Shown piece by piece: positions 36,208 to 45,924 of a stretch of DNA of 58,100 nucleotides. The stretch covers positions 1 to 58,100 of IMG/VR virus record IMGVR_UViG_3300049098_000053; one strand, given 5' to 3'. The notes below the pieces were generated by a model, which was not told the DNA's origin, made no database searches, and worked only from the letters and a program-made list of their open reading frames with translations. The number at the start of each line of letters is the position of its first letter. Position 1 is the first letter of the stretch. Source of the stretch: a virus. Lineage: Duplodnaviria > Caudoviricetes. The position numbers and the translations under genes are program-made.

Positions 36208-37049
36208 TACGCGCTCGGCTTAGCTGGCTTTGCCGGCTTCTCGCTCTTACCCTCAACCTCCTCTGGTGCCTTGGTGCCACGCTTCTTGGCCTGATTCTCC
36301 ATGCGTTTGATCGCGACATCGAATTCGTCCGCTGGTATCAGCCGGACCTCCTCGACCATGTGGATCTTCTTGCACATGCGCTCGAGCATGGCCTCGGCGT
36401 CGTCGCCAAAGAGCTCGTCCGCGGTCTCGAATATCTTGTCGGCCTGCGCTGCGGTGATCAGCTTGGCCGCCGGCTGAGCCTTCTCGGCGTCATCATCCTG
36501 GGCGCCGGCGATCGCGAGGATCGACATGGCCACGTAGCGCCGCATGTAGGTCATCGCTGAGCCAACACCCTGCGGTGACGGATCAGGCACGACCATCTCA
36601 AAGTAGTTCTCGATCGACTGGCCTGACTTGTGGCCGAGGATCGTGGTGAGCCCGAGGATCTCGCCGCGGTCTCCCTGTGGCCGGGTCGGCAGCTGCATGA
36701 GCGAGAGCCCGTGCTTGGATAGCACTGGGCGCACGGTCGAGAGCACACCACTGAGCGTGGCGTACTTGTAACCGTACTTGCCGCCAGACTTCATGCGGAC
36801 CTCGGCCTCGCCGGTCTGCTCCGGATCCGTGAGCTCGGCCTGTGCTTTGGCCAGCGCATCGAACAGCTTGTCGGTGTCGGACTGGCCGGCGTCGGCAATG
36901 ATTGAGATTTTGTCGAACAGCTTGTCGTGGTCGAGCGTCTTGTCACTGATCAGGTCGAGCCGATCGGTCATGGCGTCGAGCCTGTCCGGTAGGGCATGCA
37001 GGAATTCAACGTCCTGCGGTTTGATTGTCACTTCTCTGCTGTCTGTCAT
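36207..37049 (-). CDS. erf: ERF-family ssDNA annealing protein
   Basis: ALAKAQ, YKYATL, LGHKSGQ, QGVGSAMTYMRRY, DDDA motifs. Confidence 0.9.
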   Translation of the reverse strand: MTDSREVTIKPQDVEFLHALPDRLDAMTDRLDLISDKTLDHDKLFDKISIIADAGQSDTDKLFDALAKAQAELTDPEQTGEAEVRMKSGGKYGYKYATLSGVLSTVRPVLSKHGLSLMQLPTRPQGDRGEILGLTTILGHKSGQSIENYFEMVVPDPSPQGVGSAMTYMRRYVAMSILAIAGAQDDDAEKAQPAAKLITAAQADKIFETADELFGDDAEAMLERMCKKIHMVEEVRLIPADEFDVAIKRMENQAKKRGTKAPEEVEGKSEKPAKPAKPSA

Positions 37050-37258
37050 GTTAGCTCCTCGCTAGGTCTGGGCGCCGAGCATTCGGCGCAGTATGGTGAA
37101 TTTGGCAGGTGCGGCCGCGGGCAGGACATACATTCCTTGTCGTCGACCTTCTGTTGCCTGAATCGCTCGTAGGCGTCGTCCTCGTCCTCCGTGGGGTAAT
37201 CCAGGAGGTCCTCGGGTTCCTGCGGGCCGTCAGATATATGGCATGGCATTTTCGGCAT
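37046..37258 (-). CDS. Small hypothetical protein with Cys motifs
   Basis: DEDDAYERFRQ, CMSC..YCAEC. Confidence 0.55.
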   Translation of the reverse strand: MPKMPCHISDGPQEPEDLLDYPTEDEDDAYERFRQQKVDDKECMSCPRPHLPNSPYCAECSAPRPSEELT

Positions 37259-37282
37259 AGGAAATTTTCCGGTCAGTCTGTG

Positions 37283-37311
37283 TTGCTTGTATGGACATTT
37301 GACCATACAAT
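37283..37311 (+). promoter_or_regulatory. Sigma70-like promoter overlapped by operator-like boxes
   Basis: TTGCTT-17 bp-TACAAT; TGTCCATACA-type boxes at 37287-37297 (inverted), 37300-37311 and 37320-37329. Confidence 0.6.
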
Positions 37312-37339
37312 AGCTCAGGTGTCCATACACGGAGCGAGC

Positions 37340-37489
37340 ATGAAACGCAAAACCAAGAAGTTCCAAATGAGGATGGATCCCGACGACCACAGACATCTGA
37401 TGCAGCTGGCCGGATTGGAGCGCAAGAGCATGGCCGAATGGATCCAGGACGAGATCCGCAAGGCCGCCAAGCGGGAGAAACTGAAATGA
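37340..37489 (+). CDS. Ribbon-helix-helix (Arc/CopG-like) regulator
   Basis: KKFQMRMD beta ribbon plus two helices (SMAEWI); first gene after the divergent promoter. Confidence 0.75.
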   Translation: MKRKTKKFQMRMDPDDHRHLMQLAGLERKSMAEWIQDEIRKAAKREKLK

Positions 37490-37677
37490 CGGTAATTGAG
37501 GCCAAATGTAACGAGTGCGGGGCCGAGATCGCTGAGGGCTGCGTCCCGCACCGATCGCTCGATGCTTTCGACGATGATCCCGAGGCCTATTGCCCATCCT
37601 GTCAGGGCGATGACCTGACGTTTTTCAACACCGAACCTCCGGAGCGAGAAGATGAGCGGGAATTTCACCGTGATTGA
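37486..37677 (+). CDS. Zn-ribbon protein
   Basis: CNECG and CPSC; ATGA coupling. Confidence 0.65.
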   Translation: MTVIEAKCNECGAEIAEGCVPHRSLDAFDDDPEAYCPSCQGDDLTFFNTEPPEREDEREFHRD

Positions 37678-37945
37678 GAACATCGAGAAATACAGCCAGA
37701 TATTCAACCGAATCGAGAACGGCGAGAGCCGCTGGTTCTACACCGACGAGGAGGGCAACGACCATGAGATCCAGAGCACTTTCACCGAATGGAAACAATT
37801 ACGAACGCTTATCGCGGTTGCGCGCTGTCCGGATGAGAATTGCGTCGATGGCGCGATACCTGTCCAGGTTGGCGAGGACGAGTTCGAGGCTCAGCAATGC
37901 CAGTGGTGTTACGAGCGGGCCGGCATCCTTTACGGATACGATTGA
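37652..37945 (+). CDS. Hypothetical protein (Cys-containing)
   Basis: CPDENC and CQWC; operon position. Confidence 0.6.
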   Translation: MSGNFTVIENIEKYSQIFNRIENGESRWFYTDEEGNDHEIQSTFTEWKQLRTLIAVARCPDENCVDGAIPVQVGEDEFEAQQCQWCYERAGILYGYD

Positions 37946-38280
37946 GCGATTGCGCTTGACGCTGCCACCACGATGCTAGTAGTTTCGACATCGCAAATTT
38001 TAAAGGCCCGACCGCTACCAACGATCGAGCCTTTCGGAATTCGGATAGGCGAATACCGGCGCAGGCGAATTATCTCACCCTGTCGCATCTCGTCGCAACC
38101 GGATTCCCGGTGTGGGCGAACCTACCGACCGAAACTCAGGGCATCGCATCATCAAATCCGTGCAACGTCCCGGCCCCGACGACACGGTGGGTGGGAGTCT
38201 CTGACTCAGCCGAACCTGTACCGAATGGCGCTGGCTTAGCCACCCTGTAGGGGGTTAGCTGTGCCTAAACGAGGAGAATC

Positions 38281-38658
38281 ATGGACCTAGAAGAACGAAA
38301 CGATCCGCTCTACAACGCGCTGCAACCGCTGGTCGACCAGCACGTTAGCGCGCTACTGGACGAGGACGGCGTCGACAACGATCGCGCGTCGGTCATCCTG
38401 GCGCACTTCAGCTTTGCGCTGGCCCACATCATCACCGCCGGCTTCCTGCGAAACATGCCAGACGGCGGCGAGGTCGCTCTGCCGGCCAAGGTGCGGTTTT
38501 CCTGCGATCAGGTGCATGCCCTGACGGTCGAGCACATGCGCGAGACGCTGCGGCTAAACGATATTCCTGACCCTTGGGCCGAGATGCCCGAGAAGTCACT
38601 GAATGAGCAAACTTTTGACGAAATAATGAGGGAAATCAATGACCAAGAAAAAACTTAG
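38281..38658 (+). CDS. Hypothetical protein
   Basis: GAGGAG RBS; 125 aa. Confidence 0.7.
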   Translation: MDLEERNDPLYNALQPLVDQHVSALLDEDGVDNDRASVILAHFSFALAHIITAGFLRNMPDGGEVALPAKVRFSCDQVHALTVEHMRETLRLNDIPDPWAEMPEKSLNEQTFDEIMREINDQEKT

Positions 38659-38920
38659 CTTTCGCCAGCGGCTCCGTGACGGCGCCGAAAACAAACTGGA
38701 CAAGATGGTAAGCACCATGCAGGCGGCTGCTACTCGGGTGATCGAGGAGCACGATAGCAACATCAACGAGTACCTGCTCATGCAGCTTGCCAGCCAGCCC
38801 ATACAGGGCAAAACGCTGCGCCACGATCTTGTGACCAAGCTGGCCAACGAGGCCGAGCAGGAGCTCGAGGCGCTCTACAACGACCAGCACAAGCTGGATC
38901 TCGGAGAGGGCGATGACTGA
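38639..38920 (+). CDS. Hypothetical protein
   Basis: GAGGGA RBS; overlaps neighbours. Confidence 0.7.
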   Translation: MTKKKLSFRQRLRDGAENKLDKMVSTMQAAATRVIEEHDSNINEYLLMQLASQPIQGKTLRHDLVTKLANEAEQELEALYNDQHKLDLGEGDD

Positions 38921-39695
38921 ATTCACCATGCCAGACGGCTCGACGATCGAGCTCCCGCCCGGTGCGATTGCGTTCGAGAAGATCGCCGTCGATAACATCG
39001 AGGCCACAGCCGCCACGCAGATGCGCGTCAGGCTGGATCGCGGCATCATCGACCAGTACGCCGAGGACATGCTGAACGGGGATCCGTTCCCGCCGATCCA
39101 CGTCTACCGCGAGGAAAACACTGATCGCAACATCCTGGCCGATGGCTTCCATCGCCATCGCGGGGCGATCAATGCCGAGCGAGAGGACATCGGCTGCTGG
39201 ATCTATCCCGGCGGCATGAAAGAGGCTCTGATCCACGCGCTCGGATCCAATCACGGCCACGGCTTCCGGCGCACCAACGCGGACAAGCGCCACGCCGTCG
39301 AGATGGCCCTCAAGGATCCGGAGATCTCTCAGCTGATGCAAAAAGAGATCGCGGACATCTGCCGCGTGACCGATCGCACGGTGCGCAATATCCAGAACGC
39401 GCTGCTGGCCAAGGACACGTCGAACGACGAGGACGACCGGAAAGATTCCGGTGAGGCGCCCGAGACCCAGACCGCGGCCGAGAACACGCGCGACTCTGGC
39501 GAGGTCTCGCAGGAGCAGGTCGAGACTGACGAGCTCCGGCAGGCCCTCAAGATGATCACAGTGTTGCCGTATCCCGGCGAGCAAGCGCCCGAGCGCCTGA
39601 TCCTGGACGATGACCTGATCGCAGACTGCGAGCACGTCTCTATCTGGCTGGCCTCGCTGGTGCTCGAGTCCCGCAAGGAGCCGGCAGATGGCTGA
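38913..39695 (+). CDS. ParB/Srx N-terminal domain protein with HTH
   Basis: FPPIHV, LADGFHR, N..HG.R.T.ADKR, EIADICRVTDRTV. Confidence 0.8.
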   Translation: MTEFTMPDGSTIELPPGAIAFEKIAVDNIEATAATQMRVRLDRGIIDQYAEDMLNGDPFPPIHVYREENTDRNILADGFHRHRGAINAEREDIGCWIYPGGMKEALIHALGSNHGHGFRRTNADKRHAVEMALKDPEISQLMQKEIADICRVTDRTVRNIQNALLAKDTSNDEDDRKDSGEAPETQTAAENTRDSGEVSQEQVETDELRQALKMITVLPYPGEQAPERLILDDDLIADCEHVSIWLASLVLESRKEPADG

Positions 39696-40428
39696 CCTCG
39701 ACTTTCGGTACGAGATGCCTGACGGCCGCGTGGTCGAGGCCTTCCAGCTGACTGAGGCCACGCGGTTTCAGGAGAAACGCTGGCCTGACTGGATGAACAG
39801 CCGGATCCTGATGACCAAGGAGAGCAAGGACGGCGGCAAGAAAACGAACTGGCTCAATATCAATGACGTCGAGACCGAGATCCCCGAATACGGCTGGATA
39901 GTCAACGAGGACGGCCGGATCACGGCCGTCGACTACGAGGTCATGGAGACCGCGGTCAAGCTGGTGGCTGATCCTGTGGTGATCCCAGACGAGGCCAAGT
40001 ACCTACCTGACGATGCCCTGCGACTGGCGGCCAAGCTGTCCAAGCAACCGTTCGACGAGGTCAAGGCGGCCGATCGAGCTCAGGTCGATCGCACCAATGC
40101 GATCAGGCAAGAGATGATCGACGCCAACGAGGGTGTGACCGCCGACAGGATCGAGGAGATCGCGGCCGAGCGTGAGCGTGAGCTCCTCGGAGAGGATGAG
40201 CCGCCGCCGGCGCCGACGACCGCGGCCCAGGATGGCGTGGTCCCGATTGCCGAGCTCGTGACCGTGCTCGAGGTACTGAAAAACGACGCGCCTGCCGGCA
40301 TCGCTGCGCTCAGGGCCAGCGTGTCACAGCGCGTAACGTGGTGTAACTGTGCTCCCGGCCAGTGCTCAGGCTGCTCGGCAGAGGAGCGAATTGGGTGCCG
40401 GCAGAACAGCCCGCTGACCCACGAATAG
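39688..40428 (+). CDS. Hypothetical protein
   Basis: VVEAFQ..WPDW N-terminal domain; Cys-rich C-terminus. Confidence 0.7.
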   Translation: MADLDFRYEMPDGRVVEAFQLTEATRFQEKRWPDWMNSRILMTKESKDGGKKTNWLNINDVETEIPEYGWIVNEDGRITAVDYEVMETAVKLVADPVVIPDEAKYLPDDALRLAAKLSKQPFDEVKAADRAQVDRTNAIRQEMIDANEGVTADRIEEIAAERERELLGEDEPPPAPTTAAQDGVVPIAELVTVLEVLKNDAPAGIAALRASVSQRVTWCNCAPGQCSGCSAEERIGCRQNSPLTHE

Positions 40429-40437
40429 GAGATCTCT

Positions 40438-40638
40438 ATGACTGACACAATCAAACCGCCGATGAACGTCCACATAACGATGCAATCTGGCGGCCACTTC
40501 AAGGTCGAGGGCGATCAGGCCCGCGAGTTTATGCGGAAGTTTCAAAACGCGACGAGCGAGTGGATTGAGTTCCCCTGCCAGACGTGGACCATGATGCTCA
40601 AGCGGGAAAACATCGAGGCGCTATCGATAAAAGAATGA
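40438..40638 (+). CDS. Hypothetical protein
   Basis: AGGAG RBS. Confidence 0.65.
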   Translation: MTDTIKPPMNVHITMQSGGHFKVEGDQAREFMRKFQNATSEWIEFPCQTWTMMLKRENIEALSIKE

Positions 40639-42170
40639 TCGAGGAGCGCCAGTACCAGATCGATGACGTCAACCATGCGATGCACCATGGCAAGGATCGG
40701 CGCGTCATCCATTGCTCGCCTACCGGATCCGGCAAGACGGTCATTCAGTGCCAGATCGCCAAGCGGGAATTCGAGCGAGGCGACTCCACGGCGATCCTGA
40801 CACCGCGGAATGAGATCCTGGGCCAGACCCTCGAGCTCGCCAGATCCGACGAGATGATGGGCTACCGGAACGTCTCGGTACTCAGAGCGAAACGACCGGG
40901 CGAGCGATGGGATCCCGTGGCGCCTGTGCATGTTGTAAGCTGGCCGACCCTGATCGCGAGGGTCCGGTCAGATCCCCATTTCTGGTTTCCCAAAGTCGAC
41001 CGGGTGCTTGTCGACGAATGCCATCTCTCCGTGGCACCCAAAATACTCGAGATACTCGAGCATTACGCACCGAAAGCCCGCATAGACGGGTACACGGCCA
41101 CGCCCGCGCGCCTTACCGGCCGCGGGCTAGGCCACTTTTTCACGGAGATCAAACATGTCACAACAGTCAGACGGCTCCTTGAGGAGGGCTATCTTGCGCC
41201 GCTGGAATACTTTGGAGCGGCAACGCCAGACCTTGCAGGCATCAAAGTCCGACGAGGAGATTATGAGACCAAGAAATTGTCTAAGGCCTGCGTGGAGTTG
41301 GTCGGAGACGCTGTCGATAACTGGCTCCGTCTCGCTTCTGACCGGCACACGATTACATTTGCCGTTGACATCGCGCACTGTGAAGCCCTCGCTGAGCGAT
41401 ACCGACATGTCGGCATTAAAGCGGCAGCACTCCACACAGGACTCGAGCAGAACGAGCGAGACGACATCGTGGCTGCGTTCAAAGCCCAACGGGTTCAGGT
41501 CCTCGTAAACGTCTCGATCGCCAGCTACGGATTCGATGCGCCGAGCGTCACTTGCATACAGGCCTGCCGGCCGACCAAGTCGATCGTGCTCTGGCTGCAA
41601 ATGTTGGGCCGCGGCATGCGGGTCGGCCACGGGCCCTGCCTCGTCCTGGATCACGCCGGCAACACTCAGAATCTCGGCTTTGCTGATGACCTGTACCGCT
41701 GGACCCTCGACGAGGGCAAGGCCGCAGCGCACAACTGGTCCCGCGACGAGCGATCGAACGAGGACGAGGAATCGAAGTCGCACGAGTGCGGCCAGTGCCA
41801 TCACATTTTCAAGAGATCCAGGGTGTGTCCGATGTGCGGGTGGAAAGTCCCGTTTTCCAAGCGCGACGTCGACACCGTGGAAGCGGACCTCGTCCGCATT
41901 GGCAAGAATACGGCCGAGCCCCTGCCGGAGGGCTGGCCGAGTCACGAGGTATTTTTCGGAATGCTCCGGCACCACGCAGAGGCCCGGGGCTACAGCCCAA
42001 TGTGGGCCGTCCATAAATTCGAGGAGAAGTCTAAATGCAAACCGCCTTACGACTGGAACAACCACGCCAAGGTGCCACCCAATGAGCGGGTCAAAAACTG
42101 GATCCGATCCCGACAGATCGCCTACGCAAAGAGCCGGCAAAAAGCCGAGCAAGGACGCCGACCGGCTTAG
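40635..42170 (+). CDS. Superfamily 2 (DExH) helicase with Zn finger
   Basis: SPTGSGKT, DECH, TATP, QMLGRGMR, CGQC/CPMC. Confidence 0.92.
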   Translation: MIEERQYQIDDVNHAMHHGKDRRVIHCSPTGSGKTVIQCQIAKREFERGDSTAILTPRNEILGQTLELARSDEMMGYRNVSVLRAKRPGERWDPVAPVHVVSWPTLIARVRSDPHFWFPKVDRVLVDECHLSVAPKILEILEHYAPKARIDGYTATPARLTGRGLGHFFTEIKHVTTVRRLLEEGYLAPLEYFGAATPDLAGIKVRRGDYETKKLSKACVELVGDAVDNWLRLASDRHTITFAVDIAHCEALAERYRHVGIKAAALHTGLEQNERDDIVAAFKAQRVQVLVNVSIASYGFDAPSVTCIQACRPTKSIVLWLQMLGRGMRVGHGPCLVLDHAGNTQNLGFADDLYRWTLDEGKAAAHNWSRDERSNEDEESKSHECGQCHHIFKRSRVCPMCGWKVPFSKRDVDTVEADLVRIGKNTAEPLPEGWPSHEVFFGMLRHHAEARGYSPMWAVHKFEEKSKCKPPYDWNNHAKVPPNERVKNWIRSRQIAYAKSRQKAEQGRRPA

Positions 42171-42378
42171 GTTTCTTGCCGATCGCGCGGCGATCCTGCT
42201 GGTCGTGGCCATGAATCAACACGGCGGGGACCTCAACCCGTTTTTCCGTGAGGGCCTGTACGAGGATGCCGGCAGCCTCGGTGACGAGATCCGCGGCTGG
42301 CCCCAGTACAACACCGCCATGGACGTCATTCGCCTGTGGCTCAAAAAACACGATAGGAGGCAAAATGCTGAAACGTAG
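42082..42378 (+). CDS. Hypothetical protein (start uncertain)
   Basis: Fills the gap between helicase and nuclease; protein-like 3' half. Confidence 0.45.
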   Translation: MSGSKTGSDPDRSPTQRAGKKPSKDADRLRFLADRAAILLVVAMNQHGGDLNPFFREGLYEDAGSLGDEIRGWPQYNTAMDVIRLWLKKHDRRQNAET

Positions 42379-42694
42379 ACAAGGCGGGGGCAAGGGCCCT
42401 CGATACGGCAAAAACGTGGACGCCAATCAACTCGAGATTGTGCAGGCCCTCGAGGCGATCGGCTGTGACGTCCTCGAGGTCGGCTGGCCGGTGGACCTCC
42501 TGGTTGGCTACCGCGCGCTCAACTTCCTGATCGAGGTCAAGGACCCCAACAAGCCGCCATCCGAGCGCAAGCTGACGGCCGAGCAGGACTCATTTTTCAA
42601 GCTGTGGCGCGGGCAGGTCCGCAAGGTCGAGACCGCTGACGACGCCATCCACCTAGTAACGAGGGCACACCGCCATGACAAGACCAAAGAATGA
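42365..42694 (+). CDS. VRR-NUC-like PD-(D/E)xK nuclease
   Basis: DANQ.EIV.AL, PVDLLVG, IEVKD, KLT.EQ..F..W; AGGAGG RBS. Confidence 0.8.
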   Translation: MLKRRQGGGKGPRYGKNVDANQLEIVQALEAIGCDVLEVGWPVDLLVGYRALNFLIEVKDPNKPPSERKLTAEQDSFFKLWRGQVRKVETADDAIHLVTRAHRHDKTKE

Positions 42695-42908
42695 ACCGCG
42701 GGTATCCGAGAAACGGCCGTACTCTTACGCGACCGGCGTCACCAAGCGCCGGGACAAGTGCCTCGACGCTGACGAGATCAGCCTGCTGTACCGAATTGTT
42801 GGCTGGATAGGGCCTGTACCTAATTTGCCCCGTGACAACGTGGTCCACGTGGTCCGGATCTGGGCAGACATCGACGAGTACAACGACATCCACATGGGCT
42901 CGATTTGA
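42675..42908 (+). CDS. Hypothetical protein
   Basis: Overlaps neighbours; GAGGG RBS. Confidence 0.55.
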   Translation: MTRPKNEPRVSEKRPYSYATGVTKRRDKCLDADEISLLYRIVGWIGPVPNLPRDNVVHVVRIWADIDEYNDIHMGSI

Positions 42909-43363
42909 TGGTAGGCAAAACCCGGCAGGCCAATGCCAAGGACCGCAAGCGCATGGATACGATCGCTCAATACTGCGGTTGTCTGCCTTGCTTGCTGATG
43001 GGCTGGCCCGACGTGCATACCTCGATCGAGCATGTAACCGAGCGCGGGCGCCGGATGCCTGACGAGCACCAGTGGACGATCGGCCTGTGCGTCTGGCATC
43101 ACTTCGGCCATTGCCAGCACGGCAAGGGCAGGCAACAGATGAGCGGGGAGCTCGGCCCGCCGCTAACCTGGGGCCGGCATATCTTCGAGGATCATTTCGG
43201 GGACGAGGTCAAAGTCCTTGTCCCGACTCAAGATTTTGTGCTGGCGAAGTTTGACGAGAGGCCGTGGCCTGAGTACGCTCTGCCTCGAGACGTCGCAAGA
43301 CTCACGAGAATTCATTGGATAGAACTGAATGCAGCACCTTCACGATACACCGTCCAATCATAG
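42905..43363 (+). CDS. Ref-like (RecA-dependent) HNH nuclease
   Basis: GCLPC, EHV..RGRR, HQWTIGLCVWHH, GP.L. Confidence 0.72.
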   Translation: MMVGKTRQANAKDRKRMDTIAQYCGCLPCLLMGWPDVHTSIEHVTERGRRMPDEHQWTIGLCVWHHFGHCQHGKGRQQMSGELGPPLTWGRHIFEDHFGDEVKVLVPTQDFVLAKFDERPWPEYALPRDVARLTRIHWIELNAAPSRYTVQS

Positions 43364-43463
43364 TCAAGCGGGATCCCGCATGGCCAAAAGTTCGGTTGAT
43401 TTGTGGAGAGGTCGAGAGGATCCGGCACCCAGGAGCGGTGCCGGAGGTCTGGGAGCGCGATAA

Positions 43464-43853
43464 ATGGTTATGGAGCGCCCGAAAGTCACTCAGGACTTCC
43501 TGAACCGCCTCGAGAAGCCCACAGACATGCCTGACTTGCCTTGGGTACAGTGGCGGGTCGAGAACGTGGAGGAGATGGCCAGATTCATCGAGGATCAGGT
43601 CGTCAACAAATTCAACGTGCGGGCCCGCTTCGTAAACATCCCCGGCGACCAGCTGCTCATTCAGACGGCCGTGCTTAACTCGGACTTGCAACTCAGCCCC
43701 GGCGACTGCCTTGTCGTGCACCCAGACGCAGGACGGCCCCGACTTGGGATAGTCAGGGCCGCCAATTCGGTGCCGTTTCGTGAAGCCGATGGCCTCAAGG
43801 ATCACAACAATCCTGAGTTCATGGACCCCAAGGCCGGCAAGATTTCACACTAG
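43464..43853 (+). CDS. Hypothetical protein
   Basis: 129 aa; converges with the minus-strand operon. Confidence 0.65.
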   Translation: MVMERPKVTQDFLNRLEKPTDMPDLPWVQWRVENVEEMARFIEDQVVNKFNVRARFVNIPGDQLLIQTAVLNSDLQLSPGDCLVVHPDAGRPRLGIVRAANSVPFREADGLKDHNNPEFMDPKAGKISH

Positions 43854-44047
43854 GGCATCAATACCAGACACTCGAGAGTGAATTGCACCGTATAGGGGAA
43901 AGGCCGCTCGCCTTTCATCCAGCGCCGGATCGATCGATCGTCATGGCCGATAACCTTGGCCAGCCTGCCTTGGCTTAGCCCCGTGGACGTCACCAGTTGA
44001 GTGAAATACTCCGGATCCTGGTTATGTAGTCGAGCATCGGGTTTCAT
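43850..44047 (-). CDS. Small XRE-type HTH protein
   Basis: GLSQGRLAKVIGHDDRSIRRW. Confidence 0.75.
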   Translation of the reverse strand: MKPDARLHNQDPEYFTQLVTSTGLSQGRLAKVIGHDDRSIRRWMKGERPFPYTVQFTLECLVLMP

Positions 44048-44301
44048 GCGCGGCCCTCCTCTCCTGGGTATGTCATTAGCCAGTCGTCGAATATGCCGGC
44101 CTGCCTCGGCTCCTCCTCGTCGAGCAGGTCCGGCTCGCCGTCGATACTGGCCTCGCATAGGATCGGGTCGCCATTGGGCCACGCTCCGAGGTTGGCGCTG
44201 GCGCAGTCGAGTGCATCCAGGAGCGCCTGCCTTGCTTCCGGCTCGCTGTCTCCCTGGACTCTGATAGTTGCAAATAGCTTGCAGTCGTAGCTGTATTCCA
44301 T
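44044..44301 (-). CDS. Hypothetical protein
   Basis: GGAG RBS; ATGA coupling. Confidence 0.65.
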   Translation of the reverse strand: MEYSYDCKLFATIRVQGDSEPEARQALLDALDCASANLGAWPNGDPILCEASIDGEPDLLDEEEPRQAGIFDDWLMTYPGEEGRA

Positions 44302-44313
44302 CGATTTAACTCC

Positions 44314-44340
44314 AAAAAAAGCCGGCCCCGGTGGGCCGGC
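44314..44340 (-). terminator. Intrinsic terminator
   Basis: GCCGGCCC-ACCG-GGGCCGGC followed by T7 on the minus strand. Confidence 0.85.
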
Positions 44341-44352
44341 GTTGTGGTTGGT

Positions 44353-44523
44353 TTAGATCTGGCGGCCGAGCTCTCGGCTGGCCCAGTTATAGAGGCCCTC
44401 GTCGTTCCGGAGCCAGTCCTCGCGCTCCTCGTCGTTCAACGTCTGGCCCTCCATGCCCGGGACCGATGTCACGGCCCGGTCGATCTCCTCGCGGTGCTCT
44501 CGCACCCAGTCGCGCAGCCTCAT
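44353..44523 (-). CDS. Small hypothetical protein
   Basis: EEREDWLRNDEGLYNW; GGAGG RBS. Confidence 0.65.
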   Translation of the reverse strand: MRLRDWVREHREEIDRAVTSVPGMEGQTLNDEEREDWLRNDEGLYNWASRELGRQI

Positions 44524-44690
44524 GCCTGTAACCTCCTGCGGCACTGGTCCGCGTCTGCCTTGGTCTTAAAAAGGTGATAGCACCCGGCGACTATTAGGGC
44601 CCACTTGCCCACGTCGCCGGGATCCAAGTTAGCCCGCTCGGCCGTCTCGTCGTCGACCTTGAAAGGCGCGTAAACTTTGGGGCCGCTCAT
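44520..44690 (-). CDS. Small hypothetical protein
   Basis: ATGA coupling; GGAGG RBS. Confidence 0.55.
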   Translation of the reverse strand: MSGPKVYAPFKVDDETAERANLDPGDVGKWALIVAGCYHLFKTKADADQCRRRLQA

Positions 44691-45469
44691 GCCGTCGCCT
44701 CCCTGGGCTCGTACAGTGCGCGCAGGAAGTCGGCCACGGTCATCTGGCCATCTGCCCCAAGGTGGGCCCACAGCTTCGCGTCTCCGAGACTGTCCGGCGA
44801 TCCCTGCGCGTAGATTGTCGGCGGGTTGAACTCGCCCAAGTATTTGCCCTCGGGGTCGGTGATCGGGACCGTTGTCCCAGACATCGGCACCCGGTCGTGA
44901 TATACCTGCCGGCCCTCGATCGACTTCACGGGCCCGCACTGGCCCCAGTGCTTGACATGGCCCGAGAAACTGAGCGCGCCCCACCTTGGCCCGCGGGCCA
45001 CTTTGAGAGTGATCTCGGCAATAAAACCGCCGATTAGCGTGAAGTATTTGACCTCGGTGCCCCAGTTATTGAGCCGGACATGCCACGGCGCGACCTCGAA
45101 ATATTCGCGGATCTCGTCGGCGCTGAATCCCTTGGCGTTCTCTTTTTCCTCCAAAAACGCGGCCGTAGCTGGCGCGGCCACAAAATACTGATAACGGCCG
45201 CGGGCGTAGTTCTTGCCGATCGGCGGCAAGGCCTTGCAGATCTCCACGGCGCGCTCGATTGTGACCGGCTCCTCGCTATGGTGATCGCCGTAGCCAAAAG
45301 CGACCTGAGTGCCGTACAGCTGCCGCCAGTGAACAATCCAGGGTTGCGGGGCCCCGGCGGCCTCGAGGGCCTCGCGGAGCGCCTGCTCGTGGGCTAGGTC
45401 CTCGGCTTCCTTTTTCTGGCGAGCCTCGAGGATCTGGCGCTGTTCTGCATGTGTTTTTGCTAGTGTCAT
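44687..45469 (-). CDS. Hypothetical protein
   Basis: 260 aa; GGAGG RBS. Confidence 0.75.
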   Translation of the reverse strand: MTLAKTHAEQRQILEARQKKEAEDLAHEQALREALEAAGAPQPWIVHWRQLYGTQVAFGYGDHHSEEPVTIERAVEICKALPPIGKNYARGRYQYFVAAPATAAFLEEKENAKGFSADEIREYFEVAPWHVRLNNWGTEVKYFTLIGGFIAEITLKVARGPRWGALSFSGHVKHWGQCGPVKSIEGRQVYHDRVPMSGTTVPITDPEGKYLGEFNPPTIYAQGSPDSLGDAKLWAHLGADGQMTVADFLRALYEPREATA

Positions 45470-45542
45470 GGTGTTACCTCCGTTAGGTTGTGGGAATCAG
45501 TCCCGACAAGGGCCCGCGGCTGCAGGCCCTTGGCGCGGTGAC

Positions 45543-45911
45543 TCAGTAGTCAAAGCCATAGGCCTCGCCGCCCTCGGCGTCGGCCCAGTTCGCGAGCCGC
45601 TTGGCCGCATAGATCGCCGTCAGGTCGCATAAATAGCCGCCCTGCTCCTCGGTGTCGGTGAAAGTGTCCGCGATCCGCTCGCCGTCCCTGAATACCTCGA
45701 GGCCGGCATAGCCGAGCCCTCGATTACGGGCCAGCACATACAGGGCCCCGCCCTCCTCGAATAGGTCGACATCGTCGGCCGTGCCGGCTCCCAGGGTGTA
45801 GCGGTTGCCCTTCCAGATGATCACCATGGCGGCCGTATAGTGGCCGCTGGCGCTCTGCTCCTCGATTGTTTCGCGGTCCCAGTCATAGGCCGCTGGCTGT
45901 AGCGTTCTCAT
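45543..45911 (-). CDS. Hypothetical protein
   Basis: 122 aa; GGAGG RBS. Confidence 0.7.
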   Translation of the reverse strand: MRTLQPAAYDWDRETIEEQSASGHYTAAMVIIWKGNRYTLGAGTADDVDLFEEGGALYVLARNRGLGYAGLEVFRDGERIADTFTDTEEQGGYLCDLTAIYAAKRLANWADAEGGEAYGFDY

Positions 45912-45924
45912 AGTGTTGCCTCCG

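Noticed and set aside
37946-38280. tRNA or tmRNA in the intergenic gap
   Set aside because: No cloverleaf with a T-loop GTTCRA and matching acceptor stem could be identified
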